From Casimicrobiaceae bacterium (GTDB taxonomy: Bacteria > Pseudomonadota > Gammaproteobacteria > Burkholderiales > Casimicrobiaceae), in contig DATLNR010000134.1 of the NCBI GenBank assembly GCA_035536655.1, forward strand, positions 34,846-98,845: DNA of 64,000 nucleotides, read 5' to 3'. The notes under the pieces were generated by a model. It was not told where the DNA came from. It searched no databases and saw nothing but the letters and a program-made list of their open reading frames with translations. A program made the position numbers and the translations under genes. Numbering within the stretch: the stretch's first letter is position 1; each line of letters opens with the position of its first letter. This document shows, piece by piece, positions 59,191 through 64,000 of this stretch.

Positions 59191-59322
59191 GCCGAACGAC
59201 TTCCCAGGATAACCGGTCCGTGTATGTGCGAACAGCGCATCGACGAAGTTCTGCATCGCCTCAGAAACGTAGCGCCGCGGATCCCATCCGGCCTGCATCC
59301 ACAGCCCGAGCACGCGGCCGTT
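59191..59322 (-). pseudogene. Possible LysR-type regulator C-terminal fragment
   Basis: NGRVLGLWMQAGWDPRRYVSEAMQNFVDALFAHTRTGYPGKSFG resembles the end of an LTTR effector domain; no HTH or upstream part is present. Confidence 0.4.
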
Positions 59323-59390
59323 CTGGGCTGTTCCCCGAGAAGCCATCGACGAAAGCCTAGTTGAATCGATCGAGATAGGCACCTCCACCG

Positions 59391-60869
59391 CTAGGCTTGG
59401 AGAGTGCTAGCCGCCCTCCAACTATCGATTTGAGCCGGACGACCGCTCAACAACCCGGCAATGACACTTGCAGTCTGCGGAAGCATGCAGGTAAAGCGCA
59501 CGTGAGCGGAGTCGTCGACATTGCTGCCACTTCCGACCACCTTGCCGTAAAGGCAGGTCGTGTGATCCGACGAGCCGTCCGAATCGAGGTAGATCGCAAT
59601 GTTGGTAAGGGGCCGCACCGCGCGAGTCGTGACGATCTCGGCCGCCTTGCTCGACAACTTCGTAACGCTCGCCGCGAATCTCTCTTCGCTCACGGATTTT
59701 TCGTCGACGACGGCGCAGGTCACAGCCACCGGCTGGGCCAAAGGTTGCAGCATGTCGGAGTAGTGCGGCAGGAAGGAGTTGTAAGTACCCGCTATCCCCC
59801 CGACTTCGTACACGGTGACCGGCTGCGGCACGCCCTTCGGATGGACGATCATCTGGCCATCCAGTCTGACGATCGCGCCCGCGTGCAATAGCGTCGCTTC
59901 GGATATCAGGATCTGGTTCCCGCACGAGTACGACTCGATGCGCGAGGCGAGATTGATATGCTTTCCCACGACACTGTACTTCGAACGTGTCTCGGAACCG
60001 ATGTTTCCGACGATGGCTTCGCCGGTATGTATGCCGACGCCCATCGAGAGCTCCGGCAAGCCATGGATCTGGTTGTACGCATTGACCGCTTCCATCGCCT
60101 TCTGCATGGCGACGGCACAGCCGATGGCACGCTGCGAATGATCGGGCTGTTCGTTCGGCGCTCCGAAGAATGCGAGCATGCCATCGCCGATGATCTCGTC
60201 GACGATACCGTGATGATCTGCGATGATCCTGGTCATCGCCCCCAGGAAGTTGTTGAGCATTTGCACGATCTGAGCCGGCGTGAACGGGCCTTCCGAGATC
60301 AACGTGAATCCGCGCAGATCGGCAACGAGGGCAGTCACGGTGCGCAGCTCGCCACCAAATTCGAGCGCTTCCGGCGATTCCAGCAACTTGTCGACGACCT
60401 CGTTCGCGACGTAGCGTCCGAAGACCTTCCGGATCAGCGTGTTGCGCGCTTCGAGCTGCGACGTCAACGTTCTCGCTTCGTCCGAAACGCGCTTGAGCGC
60501 GAGCTGGGTTCGCACCCGCGCCGGCACGACGACGAGATCGAGCGGCTTCATGATGTAATCGTTGGCGCCCATCTCGAGCGCGCCGGCGATGTCCTCGGAT
60601 TCCCCTCTTGCCGTCACCATGATGACCGGCAGCTCGGTCATCGAATAGGTCTTGCGGATGAGCTGAAGAACGGCCACGCCGTCGATGCCCGGCATTTCTA
60701 TGTCGAGGAGAACCAGGTCGAACTTTCGTTCCAGCAGCTTGTTGAGCGCGGCCTGCCCGTTCTCCGCAACGATCACTTCGTGGCCCTTCCGGACCATGCG
60801 TCGCGACAAGAGATCTCGATTCATCTCATTGTCATCGACGATGAGCAACGTTCCGCCAGGAGGGGTCAT
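59391..60869 (-). CDS. Receiver domain plus class III nucleotide cyclase
   Basis: REC (LIVDDN, LLDIEMP, MVTA, YIMKP); cyclase VADLRGFT, DEIIGDG, GIHTGEAIVGNIGS, NLASRIES; extra C-terminal beta domain. Start overlaps the upstream stop (ATGA). Confidence 0.93.
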   Translation of the reverse strand: MTPPGGTLLIVDDNEMNRDLLSRRMVRKGHEVIVAENGQAALNKLLERKFDLVLLDIEMPGIDGVAVLQLIRKTYSMTELPVIMVTARGESEDIAGALEMGANDYIMKPLDLVVVPARVRTQLALKRVSDEARTLTSQLEARNTLIRKVFGRYVANEVVDKLLESPEALEFGGELRTVTALVADLRGFTLISEGPFTPAQIVQMLNNFLGAMTRIIADHHGIVDEIIGDGMLAFFGAPNEQPDHSQRAIGCAVAMQKAMEAVNAYNQIHGLPELSMGVGIHTGEAIVGNIGSETRSKYSVVGKHINLASRIESYSCGNQILISEATLLHAGAIVRLDGQMIVHPKGVPQPVTVYEVGGIAGTYNSFLPHYSDMLQPLAQPVAVTCAVVDEKSVSEERFAASVTKLSSKAAEIVTTRAVRPLTNIAIYLDSDGSSDHTTCLYGKVVGSGSNVDDSAHVRFTCMLPQTASVIAGLLSGRPAQIDSWRAASTLQA

Positions 60870-61243
60870 GGGTTCCTTGCCGCTTGCAGGAGCAGTTGAA
60901 TCTTGTCGATCAGTCGCTCGATCTCGACCGGTTTGGTGTCGTAATCGTTGCACCCCGCCGCGAGCGCTCGTTCTCTGTCGCCCTGCATGGCATGCGCGGA
61001 GAGACCCAGAATCGGCAGCTCGCGCGTTCGAGGGTCGGCCCGAATGCGACTGGCGACTTCCAGACCATCCAGGACAGGGAGGCTGATGTCCAGCAGCAGC
61101 AGGTCCGGGGGATCGGTCCTGACCCTTTCGATGGCCTCCTCACCGTTCGTCGCCACCGTGACTCGATAGCCGCGCCGCACCAGGCGGCGGAGCAGCATGT
61201 CGCGGTTCAATTCGCTGTCTTCGACAAGGAGGATCTTGCTCAT
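60866..61243 (-). CDS. Single-domain response regulator (CheY/DivK-like)
   Basis: ILLVED, LLDISLP, GLSAHAM, YDTKP. Confidence 0.93.
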   Translation of the reverse strand: MSKILLVEDSELNRDMLLRRLVRRGYRVTVATNGEEAIERVRTDPPDLLLLDISLPVLDGLEVASRIRADPRTRELPILGLSAHAMQGDRERALAAGCNDYDTKPVEIERLIDKIQLLLQAARNP

Positions 61244-61342
61244 CGTCGAGCCGCCGCTTTGACCAAGACCCATCGCCGATGCGTGATGGAGGCCCCGTCG
61301 TTCATGGCTTTGCTTCGATCATCAGCGTGACGCGTCGAAAGG

Positions 61343-64000
61343 TCATGCGCCTAACGCCGCCTCGCGCACGCGCTCGATCGAAGTGGTCATTTCCCGCAAC
61401 AGGGCGTCGCGGCTCAAAGTGGACTTTGCGATGATCGCCTGCACATGCTCGTTCAGACGAACCAGCTCTTCGCGAGTCAGATCCTTGGCCGTCAGGACGA
61501 CGAGCGGAATCGTTTGCCACTCCGCATGCTTGCGTAGCTCATCGATGAACTCCAGTCCGTCCATCACCGGCATGACGAGATCGAGCAGAATGATCTCGGG
61601 CGGCTCTTGCTCGGCGAGAATGTCCAGCGCAACGCGTCCGTTCTCGGCCTCGACGACCGTCCAGCCCTCCCTGGCGACCATTCGGGCGATCATGGCCCGT
61701 GAGTTATCGTCGTCCTCAATCACCAACACCCTGCCGTGCGGAGTGTTCGAACAGTGCTTTCGCACGATGGCGAGCAGCCGCTCGCGATCGATCGGTTTCG
61801 TCAAGTAGTCGGCGGCACCCAGCGAATAGCCGATGTCCTTCTCGTCCAAAATCGTTACGACGATGACCGGGATATCCGCTAGATCCGGGTCCGCTTTCAG
61901 TTCAGCCAGCACCGTCCAGCCGTCCAGGCCCGCCATCATCACATCGAGCGTGATCGCGGTAGGATGAATCTGCTTCGCCAGCTTGAGCCCGCTTTCGCCG
62001 TTCGGTGCTGACACGGTCCGGAAGCCGTCCTTCGACAGGAACCGGCTGATGATTTCTCGCGTGGATGCATCGTCGTCGATGACGAGTACCGTGCGCTTCA
62101 CCGTGTGTTCATCATCTTCGACGGCCGGCGTCGAACGCGCATCTTGGCCGCGCGAAGGGCTTCCTTCGGCAATCTCCGACGGCAACCAGACCGTCAATTT
62201 CGTCCCCTGTCCCAACTTGCTTTCGGCTTCGATGTGTCCCCCCATCATTTCAGCAAAGCGCTTGCAGATGGCGAGGCCGAGACCCGTGCCGCCGTATCTG
62301 CGTGATGTGGACACGTCCGCTTGGGAGAACTCCTGAAACAGGTGCTGCATCTGTTGCGGGCTTATCCCTATTCCGGAGTCCTGCACGACGAAGCTGAGCC
62401 AGCGTTTTCCGGCCTTGACGACTTCGCTGACAGTCAGCGAGACGGAACCGCTTTCGGTGAACTTGCCGGCATTGCTCAGGAGATTGAGCAGAATCTGCCG
62501 CAGCTTCGTAACGTCGGTTCGTATGGGCGCAATGTCCGCCTGACAGACGACCGAGAGAATGTTGGCGTTCTTCTCGACGAGCTGGCGCACGGTCACTTTC
62601 ACGTCGTTCACCAGCGACGCCACGTCGACCGTCTCGACGTATCGCTCCATCCTTCCCGCCTCGACCTTCGACAGATCGAGGATGTCGTTGATCAGGGACA
62701 GCAAGTGATTGCCCGACGAATGGATCTTCCTGAGATCGTCGATGAGCGACTTGTCGGCGGACTCGTCACGTTCTTCGATCAGCATCTCGCTGTAGCCGAT
62801 GATCGCGTTCAGCGGCGTGCGCAGCTCGTGCGACATCCTCGCCAGGAATTCGGACTTGTGACGCGTTGCCTGCCTCAGCCTTTCGTTGACCTCCTTGAGC
62901 TGGTCCTGTTGCATTTGCAGCTCCGCCGTGCGCGCTGCAACCTTCTGCTCGAGGCCTACGTTGAGCTGCTCGATCTGGCGGTATCCCGAAGCGTTGGTCA
63001 TCGCTACAGCGAGCTGGCTGCATAGCGTCGACACCAAGCTCAGATCGGCGTGGGTCAGCGATCTGGCGAGACTTTCGACCACCACGATGCCGAGCGTGCG
63101 ACCCTCGAACTTCACCGGCGCGGCCAGGAACGAGCGAGCATCGAGGAGTCGGGCCATCGGCAACGGAATCTGCGACGTCGCTTCGGCGGCATCCGCTACC
63201 AAGAGCGGCTCGCCCTTCAAGGCGACGGTAGCGAACATCCGGCCTGCTCGTGCCAACGGAAACTCCAGATCCCGCAGCGCGTCTTCGAGGGGCTGCGATG
63301 ATCCGCCCGCCACCCTTCCATCGACCAGCGCCTGCTTTTCCTCGTTGTAACGAAAAAACGTCGCCCGGTCATAGCCCAGCCGGCCCACGACCGCCTGAAG
63401 CGTCAGCTGGATCAGTCTTTCCTGATCCAGCGTCGAGCTCATGTCGATCCCGATGTCATGCAGCGTCGACAACTCGGCCAGGCGCCGATGCTGCGCATCG
63501 GTCATCGTGGACAACGATTCCGTCATGTGATTGAAGGCGGTCGCGAGGACGCCGATCTCGTCCTGAGATCGGATCGGCACGCGCTGCGATAGATCGCCGC
63601 GCGAGATACGCAGTGCGGCTTGCGCCATCGCGCGGAGCGGCTTGACGATGTGATCGACGCCGAAGAACGATACGACTTGTGCGACTCCCACGATCACGAG
63701 TGTCAGCAAGATGCCGCCGAGCAGCGTCCTGCGGATCTTGTCGATCACGCTCTCGGACGACAACAGCATTTGCACGTTTCCGTGCGGAATGATCGTTTGC
63801 TGATTCTCGTCGGGCGTCGACATGCTTGCGCCCAGCAGCGCCAGCTCCGACGAAAGGCGGGTGGCGGTTCCACCGCGAATGGTTTGCACGTTCGCGAACG
63901 TGTGATAGATGCCGATACCATCGATCAGGTGATGGGCGATGAACGGCTTGTCCCATGCCGGATCGACGTTCGTGATTCGTCGGAAGCTCTCGGCGACCAA
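61343..64000 (-). CDS. Hybrid sensor histidine kinase (TM-HAMP-GAF-HisKA-HATPase-REC-REC), 5' end outside the window
   Basis: HAMP (DEIGVLATAFNHM), GAF, MSHELRTPLNAIIG, NLLSNAGKFT, DSGIG, GGTGLGL, and two receiver domains (TLDVMM, LLDLVM). Confidence 0.95.
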   Translation of the reverse strand: MVAESFRRITNVDPAWDKPFIAHHLIDGIGIYHTFANVQTIRGGTATRLSSELALLGASMSTPDENQQTIIPHGNVQMLLSSESVIDKIRRTLLGGILLTLVIVGVAQVVSFFGVDHIVKPLRAMAQAALRISRGDLSQRVPIRSQDEIGVLATAFNHMTESLSTMTDAQHRRLAELSTLHDIGIDMSSTLDQERLIQLTLQAVVGRLGYDRATFFRYNEEKQALVDGRVAGGSSQPLEDALRDLEFPLARAGRMFATVALKGEPLLVADAAEATSQIPLPMARLLDARSFLAAPVKFEGRTLGIVVVESLARSLTHADLSLVSTLCSQLAVAMTNASGYRQIEQLNVGLEQKVAARTAELQMQQDQLKEVNERLRQATRHKSEFLARMSHELRTPLNAIIGYSEMLIEERDESADKSLIDDLRKIHSSGNHLLSLINDILDLSKVEAGRMERYVETVDVASLVNDVKVTVRQLVEKNANILSVVCQADIAPIRTDVTKLRQILLNLLSNAGKFTESGSVSLTVSEVVKAGKRWLSFVVQDSGIGISPQQMQHLFQEFSQADVSTSRRYGGTGLGLAICKRFAEMMGGHIEAESKLGQGTKLTVWLPSEIAEGSPSRGQDARSTPAVEDDEHTVKRTVLVIDDDASTREIISRFLSKDGFRTVSAPNGESGLKLAKQIHPTAITLDVMMAGLDGWTVLAELKADPDLADIPVIVVTILDEKDIGYSLGAADYLTKPIDRERLLAIVRKHCSNTPHGRVLVIEDDDNSRAMIARMVAREGWTVVEAENGRVALDILAEQEPPEIILLDLVMPVMDGLEFIDELRKHAEWQTIPLVVLTAKDLTREELVRLNEHVQAIIAKSTLSRDALLREMTTSIERVREAALGA

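Overview
High-GC betaproteobacterial chromosome segment (Burkholderiales-like), about 60 CDS, mostly housekeeping. Core blocks: leuC-leuD-leuB-asd-fimV-truA-trpF-trpB; mutL-miaA; xseB-ispA-dxs-folE2; aceA; clpS-clpA/cold-shock protein/icd; pcnB-folK-dNK; dnaE. Accessory genes: a GGDEF cyclase, a LytS/LytTR pair, a D-tartrate dehydratase-like enolase, a flavocytochrome c sulfide dehydrogenase, two secreted SLH-module proteins, a MacAB-like ABC exporter split by an antisense gene, a TPR pair, and a hybrid kinase-receiver-class III cyclase module at the right edge. No rRNA, tRNA, CRISPR, prophage or intact IS was seen. Most interesting observations: (1) two palindromic repeat copies read in frame as a ~50-aa N-terminal extension of TrpB; (2) a Thr/Lys-rich 38-aa ORF, coupled to the leuB stop, with alternative hairpins in front of asd (candidate attenuator); (3) two secreted proteins sharing a Cys-rich SLH-like plus beta-rich C-terminal module (candidate diderm surface-display system); (4) a candidate non-contiguous operon in the ABC exporter; (5) a class III cyclase with Glu at the purine-specificity position. 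All calls come from reading sequence and motifs by eye; no searches were run. Start codons were chosen manually and some are uncertain.
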